Positions 12,329 through 24,599 of a stretch of DNA of 64,000 nucleotides are shown piece by piece. Position 1 is the stretch's first letter. Each line of letters starts with the position of its first letter. Where the stretch lies: contig CM059432.1 of assembly GCA_030390025.1 (NCBI GenBank), positions 136,836,001 to 136,900,000 of the forward strand. The letters are read 5' to 3'. The stretch is from Squalus acanthias (Eukaryota). The notes under the pieces were generated by a model that saw only the letters and a program-made list of their open reading frames with translations, ran no database searches and was not told the origin of the DNA. Both the position numbers and the translations under genes were made by a program.

Positions 12329-13359
12329 AACTTCCCTAAAAGGGGCTGTGATGACAACTCCCCAGGTGAATCAGCCCTTTAAAAGGAGCATTAAAAAATT
12401 GCAATAAATTTGAATAATTCACTCACAAACAGAGTTTTTGACAGAGTGTTGTAAACACTATCCATTTGTATTGTGAAGAACCACGACTTGCAATGCTTCT
12501 ATTATTTCACCTCATGGACATCTCGGCCCTCAGTCTCTGTGGTGTTCTCCCAATCTCCTGTCAGATCTTCGGCAGGTAGCCCTGCAGAAACAGCATGAAC
12601 AGCCGTCTTTAGCCATTTGTGTCGTTTCTCCAGGAGTTCCACCAATCTCCCACCAGAGAACGCCCATGGAAATCCCAAGCGTTTCATTTAATCTTTGTGC
12701 TATCATAGAGACATTTCCTACTGTTTTTCTTTAAAAAAAACAATGTTTCTTAGTGGAATACACAATCCAGAATACTGGTTTGCAAAACTATTGCTATAAT
12801 TTAAATAATGCTGCACAGTTCAGAACACTGGACAGAGGTTTCTGTTTGTGACTAACTAGTGCCGACTTCCCTGAGAGGAATTTTTTGCGAACTAGCCTCA
12901 AAATCTTTCAGAGCAATCAATGGATGTTTTCAGACTGATGGGTTAAAGTTATCTCCTTCTGATGGCTACAGGGATTTTGGACAGTCAACCCAGATCCAAT
13001 ACGAATAAATCCACTGCGTAAAAAACACTCACACTGCAACGCAAATTGCCACTATATTGTTGTCCTGACTCAGGGAAACAGCAAGGATAGCTGGTGGGGA
13101 AATTGAAGTGCAGTAAGTGGTGTTTTTCTGAGTTTGTTCTTAGGATGATATAAATGCTTTACCTGCATCTAACTCACACTGAGCTGGAAGTGTGACTGAA
13201 AGTGAAAATGTTCCCGTTTGGCATTCCCCCATTTTGATGAGCACAAGAAAGTTAATGAAAACAAATGATTGTTTTCCATTATGTCATTGTTAATTCTTTC
13301 ATTACATTATAGTAACTCCACCTCACAGTTGTATTAAAGGACAACACTCTCCACACATA

Positions 13360-13905
13360 ATAACATAAGAATATAAGAAATAGGAGCAGGAGTAGGCCAT
13401 GCGGCCCTTCGAGCCTGCTCCACCATTCAATAAGATCATGGCTGATCTTCTACCTCAACTCCACTTTCCCGCACTATCCCCATATCCCTTAGTATCCAAA
13501 AATCTATCGATCTCAGTCTTGAATATACTCAATGACTGAGCCTCCACAGCCCTCTGGGGTAGAGAATTCCAAAGATTCACCACCCTCTGAGTGAAGAAAT
13601 AAGGTTGACCCCTTATCCTGAGACTATGCCCCCTAGTTCTAGACTCTCCAGCCAGGAGTAACGGCTTCTCAGCATCTCCCCTGTCAATCCCCCTCAGAAT
13701 CTTATATGTTTCAATTAGATCACCTCTCATTCTTCTAAACTCCAGAGAGTATAGGCCCACTCTACTCAATCTCTCCTCATAGGACAACCCTCTCATCCCA
13801 GGAATCAGTCTAGTGAACCTTCATTGGACCACCTCTAAGGCAAGTATATCCTTCCTTAGGTACGGAGACCAAAACTGTACACAGTACTCCACGTGTGGTC
13901 TAATA
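13360..13905 (-). mobile_element. CR1 LINE 3' fragment
   Basis: RPHVEYCVQFWSPYLRKD and YEERLSRVGLYSLEFRRMRGDLIETYKI. Confidence 0.9.
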
Positions 13906-14129
13906 AACATCTCTCGTACTAATACAGGACTTACTACACATTGATTCCTGCTAGCTCCTGTTCTAAAATAGGTAAGCCAGGGTTTTCTGTTTCCGCGATC
14001 ACCAGCCCATAAATATCCATCCATTAAGGTGAATGGTCAGAAAATCACAGAATGGGCGGGTGCAGAATTGGAAAATACCCTGCCACAAACCCTCTGTCCA
14101 ATGGTTCAGATTTAAATTAAATGTAAATT

Positions 14130-14510
14130 TACCTGATAGAGGTCTTTAAGATTATGAAGGGATTCAATAAGTTAGACGTAGAGAAGATGTTTCCACTTGT
14201 GGGGGAGACCAAAACTAGGGGCCATAAATATAAGATAGTAACTAATAAATCCAATAGGGAATTCAGGAGAAACTTCTTTACCCAGAGAGCGGTTTGAATG
14301 TGGAACTCACTCCCACATGGAGTGGTTGAGATGAAAAGCATAGATGCTTTTAAGGGGAAGCTAGATAAGCACATGAGGGAGAAAGGAATAGAAGGGTATG
14401 CTGATAGGGTTAAAAGAAGAGGGGTGGGAGGAGGCTCGTGTGGAGCAGAAACACCGGCATGGGCCAGTTGGGCCGAATGGCCTGTTTCTGTGCTGTACAT
14501 TCGATGTAAA
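14130..14510 (+). mobile_element. CR1 LINE 3' fragment
   Basis: Same subfamily as 1105-1572. Confidence 0.88.
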
Positions 14511-14679
14511 TAAAAATGCTTCAGTTGGATGATGTCGTAAAAGGAAATGCTTTTCCTTAACCGTATGATCTTTGAATTTAACGGAATAAAACAAAAGTTC
14601 TTTTCAATTATTTCTCATGTTACCTTAAAATTACTCTCACGAGATAGTTAATTGGATGAACATATACTTGTTGCTCACT

Positions 14680-15093
14680 GTGTCAGCTTGGCTCATTTGG
14701 TAGCACTCTCACCTCTGAGTCAATGGATTGCAGGTTCAATGACTTGAGCTCAAGATCTAGGAAGACACTCCAGGGCAGTACTGAAGAAGCGCTACATTAC
14801 TGGCAGGTGTCATCCTCAGGATCAGATGTTGAATTGAGCCCTATCTGCCTATTCTAGTGGCTTAGGTTGATATCAAACATCCCATGACACTATTTAAAGA
14901 GCATGGAGTTCTCCTGGTGTTCTGACCAACATGCTGCCTGCCCCGAAACCACTAAAAACAGATGGACTGGTCATTCATCTCATTTTTTGCCTGTATAACA
15001 ACAGTTAGTGCACGTCAAAGTAAGTCATTGTATGTGAACCACTTTGAGATTTTCTGTCAGACATGATAAGGCACTATATAAATGTTGAGTCTT
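14680..15093 (+). mobile_element. Diverged Deu-domain SINE
   Basis: tRNA-like head GTGTCAGCTTGGCTCA..TGGTAGCACTCTC, degenerate Deu core, GGCACTATATAAATG end. Confidence 0.65.
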
Positions 15094-15204
15094 TTCACTA
15101 AACTGGTGTACTTTTCACCTATTCAACATCTTACTGTGAGATACGGAGCCCACATTAAATAACGATAGTACCAGCAAGCCTCACCTTGCCTGTGTTATAT
15201 TTTT

Positions 15205-15680
15205 AAAAGAAAAAAGAAAGACTTGCATTTATATAGCGCCTTTCATGACCACAGGACATCTCAAAGCACTTTACAGCCAATGAAGTACTTTTGAAGTGTA
15301 GTCACTGTTGTAATGTGGGAAACGCGGCAGCCAATTGGCGCACAGCAAGGTCCCACAAACAGTAATGTGATGAATGAGCAGATCATCTGTTTTAGTGATG
15401 TTAGTTGAGGGATAAGTATTGGCCAGGACACCGGGGATAACTCCCCTGCTCTTCTTCGAAATAGTGCCATGGGATCTTTTATATCCGCCTGAGAGAGCAG
15501 ACGGGGCCTCGGTTTAACGTCTCATCTGAAAGACGGTACCTCCGACAGTGCAGCACTCCCTCAGCACTGCACTGGAGTGTCAGCCTAACTTTATGTGTTC
15601 AAGTCCCTGGAGTGGGACTATGAACCCACAACCTTCTGACTCAGAGGCAAGTGTGCTACCAACTGAGCCACAGCTGACAC
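15205..15680 (-). mobile_element. Full-length Deu-domain SINE
   Basis: Head GTGTCAGCTGTGGCTCAGTTGGTAGCAC (A box) and B-box-like GGGTTCA, Deu core, L2-like 3' end. Confidence 0.88.
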
Positions 15681-15805
15681 TTCAGCCTATACTGCCGTTG
15701 CCTGAAGCTGAAGAATTCTATTATACACTTTGGAGTTTGGGAGCCTATTAGAATGTTGCCAGCAGCCCCTGTACACCAGAATCAGAACGAGCAGATCAAG
15801 TCTAT

Positions 15806-16337
15806 GGCCTGGATTTTGCGGTCAGCAGCGATCGAATGGCGCTCGCCGCTCACTACGCTTACAGCTGCCCACAGACTTTTTGTGGGCTTTTGAGCGGCAA
15901 TGTATGGTCATTGGGAGTCTGACACAGCACGGCACCCTCTGCAGGGGGATCTGGGACCTGTGCGAACAGGACAGGCAACAGTGTGTCTCTTCAACCAATC
16001 AGATTGCAGAATCCTCACTGAGGCACGCAGACTCTGAACCAGGAAGTGTAAGTTAGAATATTTAATTCAATGTGAAATCATGTACAGAAAGCAAAATAAA
16101 GAGAGGGAAAGAAAGATGGGATTAAGAGAGAGAAATGTATGTACGTGAAGGCTGAATCTCTCGGCGAGGTACCAGTGCAGCAAAGCTTGTGGAGGAGCAG
16201 GGCAAATCGGACAGAAACCTCCTGATTTCCGCGTTTAACTGAGCATGTGTGTACTCCAGAAGTTGCTGTCCGAATTACTCCATAATAATGGTGAACGCTG
16301 ATCGCCTCACCATTATACTTAATGCAAAATCCAGGCC
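15806..16337. mobile_element. Harbinger-like MITE
   Basis: Perfect 14-bp TIRs GGCCTGGATTTTGC / GCAAAATCCAGGCC; TSD not conserved. Confidence 0.65.
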
Positions 16338-16714
16338 ACTGTATTGTACCATGATATGCCAATACTGTTATGGTAAACAATGCCACATGTTCCTTAGTTA
16401 CATTCTTGTTGATCAGAATTTTAAATTGATTGTAGTCACAATGGCCCGTGTGCAGGTCCTAATTAAACAAGCTGTTCACCCCGCCCCCCAAATGTGAAAA
16501 ACATGTTTTGTACATTTTTTTGTAACACAGATCAGAAAGCATCTAGATGTTTTGGTTCATGTGTCAAACTAAATGCCTCTTTTCTGTCATTTGACCCTGC
16601 CACTCACAAAGCCAAGGACGAGAGGATTCTGCTCTTTGCTCACACTGTGTATAAGAAATAATTTACACAAGCGAGTGAGAGGGAAACATTAAGGGCGGGG
16701 GCCTCATGAACCCA

Positions 16715-16880
16715 TAAGGGGAAGCTAGATAGGATAAAGGGAGAAAGGAATAGAAGGATATGATGAGGAGGTTAGATGAAGTAGGGTGGGAGGAGGCTTG
16801 TGTGGAGCATAAACACTGGCATGGGCCCATTGGGCCAAATGGCCTGTTTCTGTGCCATAAATTCTATGTAATTCTATGTA
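16715..16880 (+). mobile_element. CR1 3' UTR fragment
   Basis: GGGAAGCTAGATA...GGCCAAATGGCCTGTTTCTGTG with (ATTCTATGTA)n tail. Confidence 0.75.
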
Positions 16881-18282
16881 ATTAACCATTATCAAAGTCA
16901 GCATTGGAACCCCACAAGGGGACAAACATTTGGCTTCAGAGAAATCCCTTCACTCTTTAGCTACTGGATGAAGTCCATTTCTCTATAACTAATGGGAAAC
17001 ATATCAAAGCAATCTCCAGAAACTGGGTGCTTGTCCTCTGTAAGCACCGATACTTAATACAATGTTCGATTGATATCCTTGGTCTTTCACTCAATTACCT
17101 TCAGGTGTTGAGGAAGAAATTTCACAAGAGCTTTATCCGCTCAGAACTTTTACCTGTGGCTATTCACCTTCCTCAGGAGATTAAATAAAGTGGAGAGAGC
17201 CCATGACAGTGCAAATTGTACAAGATCTGTTGAGAGCAGAATGGGCTCAGAAGGCCAAAGGGTATTTTCCACGTCCATACTTTATGACCTTAATAATAAT
17301 TTTATGATGTTTCGGTCCAGTTTGGCTCATAACTCTCTGAAAATCCCCAACGGGCTATGGGAAGGAGTGGTGGTGGGGGGAAGCAGATTACACAGTCTTA
17401 AAAGAAAAATCCTCTTTGTTTTTTTGCAGCCTTAACTGTCACTCTGGGACATCTTTTCTGCTGTTGGATAACTTTACCAGAAAGGTATAAAGGTGTGTGA
17501 AGCCCGTAGAAAATAATAACTGGAAATTGCTGTTGGTTTAAAAAAAAACACGAGTTACTTCTGGTTTTTGAGGGTTACAAAGTAAGCAGCTTAACACAAG
17601 TGTTTTCAGCACATCAGCTTTAAGACCCACACCGTGAACCAGCCAATGAAACAGAAGAAGCAATAATCCTCATAATCAGTTGAGAACTGCAATTAGGAGG
17701 AATTTAAACAGCTGAAATAGCACAGAGGAGGCCAAGGGCAGCTGTTAACAAAGCAAAATTACTGGAAAGATGGGGGGGCATTATAAATTGAAGAATGGTA
17801 GGTTTACTGCCCAGGCACTTGAAGCCCTACTTCCAGAATCTGGGAGATAAGGAACACACGTTAATGGCACTGGTGGCCACCTACCTGGAGAAATCAATAT
17901 GGGAGGTGGTACCAGAAACCAACCATCATAGCGCCAGATGTGGTCGACTCATCTGCAAACCCCTTGCAACACACAGCCCAAGGAAGTCTAGGCCCATCAG
18001 AATCGCATTAGGCTCTCAGTGAAAACCTGCAGCTCCCCATCTCCTTTAATATTCCTCTTTTTCAAACAGCTATCTATGACCCTTTTAAAATAATTTATGG
18101 ACATTTTTGTTTCAACTACAGCTAATGGTAGAGAACTCTAACTTAGCATCTTGCTACACTCGCTGCCTCCAGACTATGTTGAAGGTCTATCCACACAGAA
18201 AAGTTCCTGTGGCTTTCCCATAATGCAGTTAACCAGGTCATTAAAAAGAAGAAACAAAGTCAGGGGGCAGGAAAGGACATTT

Positions 18283-18700
18283 AAAGAAAGAAAGAACTTG
18301 CATTTATGTAGCGCCTTTCATGACCTCAGGATGTCCTAAAGTGCTTTACAGCCACTGAAGTACTTTTTGAAGTGTAGTCACTGTTGTAATGTAGGAAGTG
18401 CAGCAGCCAATTTGCACACAGCAGTGAAATAAATGACCAGATCATCTGTTTCAGTGATGTTGGTTGAGGGAAAATGTTGGGAGAATTCCCCTACTCTTCT
18501 TCAAAAAATGCCATGGGATCTTTCCCATCCAACTGAGAGGACAGGCAGGGCCTTGGTTTAACGTCTTATTCGATAGAGGGCACTTCCAACAGTGCAGTGC
18601 TCCCTAGACCTTGTACTCAATTCTCTGCAGTGGAACTTCAATCCACTACCTTCTGACTCCGAGGCGAGAATGCTACCCACTGAACCACAGCTGACACCTA
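18283..18700 (-). mobile_element. Deu-domain SINE
   Basis: Colinear with 15205-15680, with internal deletions. Confidence 0.8.
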
Positions 18701-18994
18701 CTGAAGCTCATCTCTTTAACAATCTTACTCTCACACCATGGCATCCAGTTTATTGTGAGTCACCCCAGTGCTTTTACCTCTATTAGCTTGCTTGGTAGAT
18801 TATGTCAATTTTCAGAGTAAAGGATGTCATTCTTCAAGTAAAGGAATTTTTAATATCTCCTCTTTGATCGACCATTTATAGTCTGGATTTACCTTACTTA
18901 AAAAATGTAATAGTTTACGTGTAGAAAAACGGAACTTTATGAACTTCCTGCTTAACACTTACACAAAAAGAAAAAAAGAAAAAAAAAGACTTGC

Positions 18995-19335
18995 ATTAAA
19001 ACTCCTCTGGACCCACCTGTTGTTTCTTTACTTGTCCCATTACCATCTCCTTTTGCCTCGCAACATCAACCCTTTTGTCATTCAATCTCTCCTGCCTTCC
19101 ACCCTATCACACACCTTCCCTTTTGTTCTTTCCTCCCCTCCCTTCCCTGCCTCTGCACTTGCTTAAAAACCTGTCGAATTTTTAACTTTTTCCAGTTCTG
19201 ACGAAAGGTCATTGACCTGAAACGTTAACTCTGTTTCTCTCTCCACAGATGCTGCCTGACCTGCTGAGTATTTCCAGCATTTTCTGTTTTGATTTCAGAT
19301 TTCCAGCATCCGCAGTATTTTGCTTTTGTATTAGT
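18995..19335 (+). mobile_element. Penelope-like element terminal (pLTR) fragment
   Basis: CTGACGAAAGGTCATTGACCTGAAACGTTAACTCTGTTTCTCTCTCCACAGATGCTGCC, homologous to the terminus of the GIY-YIG-bearing copy at 26712-27357. Confidence 0.8.
19194..19230 (+). ncRNA. Minimal hammerhead ribozyme motif (family P1)
   Basis: Stem I AGUU/AACU; core CUGACGA plus extra A; stem II AGGUC-AUU-GACCU; GAAA; palindromic AACGUU stem III with GUU triplet. Confidence 0.7.
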
Positions 19336-19439
19336 ACAGGTGTATTGCGTTTGGCACTTGTGTTTCATTCCTTCTAATAAAATGCACATTTCAAAACCAT
19401 GTTTCTGCCGTTTGTTAACAGCTTGAATATAACTGAACA

Positions 19440-19672
19440 AAAATGTTTACGCAGCAAGTTGTTATGATCTGGAATGCGCTGCCTGAAAGGGCGGTGGAAG
19501 CAGATTCAATAGTAACTTTCAAAAGGGACTTGGATAAATACTTGAAGGGGAAAATTTGGCAGGGCTCCGGGGAAAGAGCAGGGGAGTGAGACTAATTGGA
19601 TCGCTCTTTCAAAGAGCCGGCACAGGCACAATGTGCCGAATGGCCTCTTTCTGTGCTGTGTGATTCTATGAA
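19440..19672 (+). mobile_element. CR1 LINE 3' fragment
   Basis: Same subfamily as 6010-6260. Confidence 0.8.
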
Positions 19673-20344
19673 CTATTAAAAAAAGGTCATTTAGCCCACT
19701 TTCCAAAAACGGGGAAAATATGGCCCACTTTGCCCCAAAGAAATCCTCAGTGGCTCCTTTAGAAGGCGCTAAACAAATATGAAACAGAGCTATACTGATC
19801 AATCAATTTGTGTCAGGATAATCAAATTTCATAAGTAGAATATTATTGCATCAATTGCTGTCACATTTGATTTCATTCAGATTGTTAGTTCTATTCTTTT
19901 GTGTTCTTTGTTAGAAAATGACTTTTTCACTCTGAAGAACTGTAAAGTATTAGAAATCTCTAACAGTTAAAGGAAAACTATTATACAAACAATAACACTG
20001 ACTTCTCACCTAAGCTCTATTAACCTTTTTGCATGTGGATATTTCAGAAGTGGTTTTACCTTCAGTGGGGATGTGTAGCTGTTTTTGGCTGCTTTGAGTG
20101 GGCAGGCTAAATCCCAGATTAGTCAGAGAATTCCAATGTGCTCAATTGCAGAATGATTAAAAAAGCCCTTTGCAAGAAAACATAAAATAGTTTATAGAAC
20201 AAAATCTTTTACTTTATAGAAACACATGCTAGATGTTCAACATTTAGCATTACAACTCCAGTTGTGTGTTTCTTTTTTCTCACCCAGTTTTCAGTGACTA
20301 CACATCAAAAGTATTTGATTGGGATATCCTGCGGTCATGAAAGA

Positions 20345-21598
20345 CACCTACAGTCTGTAGCCTTTGACACGGTTGACCATGCCAGCCTTCTTCAACGCCT
20401 CTCCACCGTCGCCCAGCTGGGTGGGACTGCACTCGCCTGGTTCCATTCTTATCTATCTAATCGTAGCCAGAGAATCACCTGCAACAGCTTCTCTTCCTGC
20501 TCCCGCATCGTTACCTCTGGTGTCCCCCAAGGATCTATCCTTGGCCCCCTCCTATTTCTCATCTACTTGTTGCCCCTTGGCGACATCATCCGAAAACACA
20601 CCATCAGTTTCAACATGTACGCTGACAACACCCAGCTCTACCTCACTACCATTTCTCTTGACCCCTCCACGGTCTCTAAATTGTCAGACTGCTTGTCCGA
20701 CATACAGTTGTGGATGAGCAGAAATTTTCTCCAATTAAATATTGGGAAGACCGAAGCCATTGTTTTCGGTCCCCGCCACAAACTCCGTTCCCTAGCCATT
20801 GACTCCATCCCTCTCACTAACATCTGTCTGAGGCTGAACCACACTGTTCGCAACTTTGCTGTCATATTTGACCCTGAAATGAGCTTCCGACCACATATCC
20901 GCAGCATAACAAAGACCGCCCTACTTCCACCTCCGTAACATTGCCCGTCTCTGCCCTTACCTCAGCTCATCCGCTGCTGAAACCCTCATCCATGCCTTTG
21001 TTACCTCTAGACTTGCCTATTCCAACGCACTCCTGGCTGGCCTCCCACATTCTACCCTACGTAAACTTCAGGTGATCCAAAACTCGGCTGCCCGTGTCCA
21101 AACTCACACCAAGTCCCGTTCACCCATCACCCCTGTGTTCGCTGACCTACATTGGCTCCCAGTTAAGCAATGCCTCGATTTCAAAATTCTCATCCTTGTT
21201 TTCAAATCCCTTCATGGCCTCGCCCCTCCCTATCTCTGTAATCTCCTTCAATCCCACAACCCCCCCTGAGATATCTGCACTCCTTTAATTCTGCCCTCTT
21301 GAGCATCCCTGATTATAATCGCTCAACTATTGGTGGCCGTGCCTTCTGTTGCCTAGACCCTAAGCTCTGGAATTCCCTGCCTAAACCTCTCTGCCTCTCT
21401 ACCTCTCTCTCGTCCTTTAAGACGCTCCTTAAAACCTACCTCTTTGACCAAGCTTTTGGTCACCTGCCCTAATTTCTCCTTATGTGGCTCGGTATCAAAT
21501 TTTTTGTCTTATAATACTCCTGTGAAGCACCTTGGGACGTTTTACTACGTTAAAGGCGCTATATAAATACAAGTTGTTGTTGTTGTTGTTGTTGTTGT
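20345..21598 (+). mobile_element. L2 LINE, RT C-terminal half and 3' end (frameshifted)
   Basis: AFDTVDH, GVPQGSILGPLLF, YADNTQLY (YADD-like), LHWLPV; (GTT)n tail. Confidence 0.92.
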
Positions 21599-21669
21599 AC
21601 AAGGAAAATCTTTCCTCATTCTAACATGTCCTGGGGTTCTGTTCTATGGATACTGATCACCTTGACATC

Positions 21670-21925
21670 TTCCCCAGGTGATCATTCATCACAGTTGAGC
21701 CTGATCTTGCCTTCACCTGGCCTCCACACACATGCTCTTTCCAGCAGGGGTCACTGGATAGAGATGAGGAGTGGGAGCTTTGGCTGATTCTGATGCTAGT
21801 TATTGTACCTTGACTGGTGTTTCAACTGAAATCAGCTAACTAAGCACCAATCAGGGAGTAAACCTGAAACTTTCTTGGACTGACTGTGGCTCACTATCAG
21901 GTGGGTGCATTACCCATTGAGGAAC
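21670..21925 (-). mobile_element. Old tRNA-derived SINE-like remnant
   Basis: Degenerate A/B-box-like head on the minus strand; family not identified. Confidence 0.3.
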
Positions 21926-21949
21926 TGAGCATGTTTTACATTGATCTAT

Positions 21950-22190
21950 ATAACTCGCATCTATATAGCGCCTTTAACGTAGTAAAACGTTCCAAGGCAC
22001 TTCACAGGAGCGTTATCGAACAAAATTTGACACCGAGTCACATAAGGAGATATCAGAACAGATAGGTAGGTTTTAAGGAGTTTCTTAAATAAGGAGAGAG
22101 AGGTAGAGAGGTTTAGGAAGGAATTCCAGAGCTTAGGGCCTAGGTAGCTGAAGGCACGGCCACCAATGGTGGAGCGATGAAAATCGGGGT
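21950..22190 (-). mobile_element. L2 3' fragment
   Basis: Reverse complement of the L2 3' end at 21300-21575. Confidence 0.8.
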
Positions 22191-22844
22191 GTATATATAT
22201 TATACGCCTAAGGTCATGTTTTGCAGAACCATGCTAACTGCTTAGTCTCAGTCCTACAGTATTACTGGGACAATCTCGATTCTACGAGGTCCATATTTTA
22301 TGTGGAATCGGTAGAACCTCTCTAAGTACCAATGACCCATAAAATAACTGTCTTGGGAACATAATACAATTTTCCATATTTAGCTGTTTTTTCTACATAA
22401 ATCATGATAGCATATAACAAATATACAACTGTGTCTGAGTTACCAGCCAGCAGAACAGTTCTGGGTTCATATAATTGTAGACATTTTCAAACTTGCTGTA
22501 ACCCCGGGGTGTCACTATTTCTTTAACACTAATTTACCTGTGGCCTACCCTAACCATGCACATGACCCTATTCCCACAATTCCGTTCCACCACTCTCGTG
22601 TCAGTTGAATTTTGCGGCTCTTGTTTTAGTTCGATGTCCTTGTGTTATGATGAAAAGCAAGCTGGTAGGCGGTAAGGTGTTCAAAAAATATTTTGCCGAG
22701 TTTCAAGATATCTTTTGAAAATTCTATCACCCAACATTTTGTTTTGTTTCCCTTCTTCTTCCTGCTGGATGTTTATGAGGTGGCTGTTTGCTGACTGCCA
22801 ATTCTCAATTCATAGTTATATGAGTGTATAAAGGGAGGGCATTC

Positions 22845-23118
22845 AAGAACAACAACGCCTTTAATGTAGTAAAATGTCCCAAGGCGCTTCACAGGAGCTT
22901 TATCAGGCAACATTTGACACCGAGCCACATAATGATATATCAGAACAGATGACCAATAGCGTGGTCAAAGAGGTTGGTTTTAAGGAGCGTCTTAAAGGAG
23001 GAGAGAAAGGTAGAGAGGTGGAAAGGTTTAGGGAGGGAATTCCTCAGCTTAGGGCGTAGGCGGCTGAAGGCATGGCCGCCAATGGTGGTGCGATGGAAAT
23101 CAGGGATGCGCAAGAGGT
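22845..23118 (-). mobile_element. L2 3' fragment
   Basis: Same L2 3' end with CAACAAC tail. Confidence 0.8.
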
Positions 23119-24599
23119 AACTTGGGATGCCATGCTTCCCGCCCCGACAAAAAGGCGTGGGTGGAGCATTAACCCATGAACCCCCTCATCAGAATAAAAT
23201 GTGTGGTTGGAATTCAGGCACAACTTGGTTCCCCCCCCCCCACCCCGTTTTCAGCCGCAGATCCACCCAGGTTCAATCTCAATTATGGACCCTGTGACTC
23301 CACTACGTTTTGTTGCTGGAGCATTTGTAGGTACAACGACTGCATTTTTTTATTAACCAAATGTGACACCAAAATTTGTATTGGACAAGTGTGTGATGAC
23401 TTCTGAAGTTTTACAGACAGGAAGTGCACGCACATGTAAAGGTTTTGTTATACGGCTAGCAGCTCTCCTGTGGCATTGCTCACCGTGAGTCGGCGGATAC
23501 CGTATTTTGCAATAATGAGGTGTTATCAACATAGTGTGATGGGGAAAGTGTGACAGGAAGTGCACAATATAGGCAGGACTTTTTTTTTGCATATATACAT
23601 ATATGACATTTATATTATATAATAAAATATAGATTAAGGGAGCAGTTTGCAATTTGAAAGAATTGCGCTGGGAAAACATTATGAAAAAGTGTTCTGCACA
23701 TTTTGACATTTCTCTAAAACTTGCTTTTAAATTGTTAGGTATCACACATGTACAGCAAATCCTTTCTGCAGAGTCTATGTGATAGAAAACACCTGGATTT
23801 TTGAAAAACTGCAAAGGAAACTCAACCATCCAACCTTAATGCCATCTGATGTATTTCTAAGCATTCGAACTTTCGCTATAATTGTACAAATATTCATATA
23901 ACTACACATTAACTGTTTTGTCATTCCCACAGAATCTTACCTTCATGAATGTCCTTTTCATTAACTACTGGTATTTGACTTGGTATTTTATACTGATATT
24001 TTTTTTAAAACATTAAAAACTTTGAACTGGGGAAAATGAGCATCTGCATTTAATAGACTGACGGTAGAGATGAGTAAATGAACAATGTCCTTGCTCTCTG
24101 TTCCTGGGTTAAGCTACACGAGGTTAACACAAGTAAAGGCTTTGTAGGAACGGCCGAAGTATTAGTATTCCTGACACTATATATTTGTGGTTTTTCAGAG
24201 CGCTGGCCACTTATCACAGTTGAGATATAATTAATCGTGAGACTTAAAGAAAAGAACAATTGACAGCAGTCAGCTTATACCTCTTTTGATAATCTAGTGC
24301 GGATAAAAAAAAATTGAAAGTGGTGTGTGGGAAAAATATTGAGTGCAATAGATGGGTGAGTGCTGGCGTGTTTGAAACATCCAACAAATCATTCAAACAC
24401 TGGACTGTTCTCTTCAATTGGGGGGAAAGAAAACAACATAGGAGCCGATCCATTTGTTTTGTGGTTCAGCTACAAGGAGCTGGTATCTTATCCCTCCTGG
24501 CCATCAACATAGATTAACCCTTCAGGATTGGTAGTGGGACAATATTGACTCCCTTCAGCACTCATCTCAGACAGAGATTACTGCAAGTGAAGAAATATT

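Noticed and set aside
12502..12687. Minus-strand 61-aa ORF with possible splice sites
   Set aside because: No recognisable domain and no linking exons
15600..15680. tRNA gene
   Set aside because: A/B-box-like motifs are the head of a multi-copy SINE
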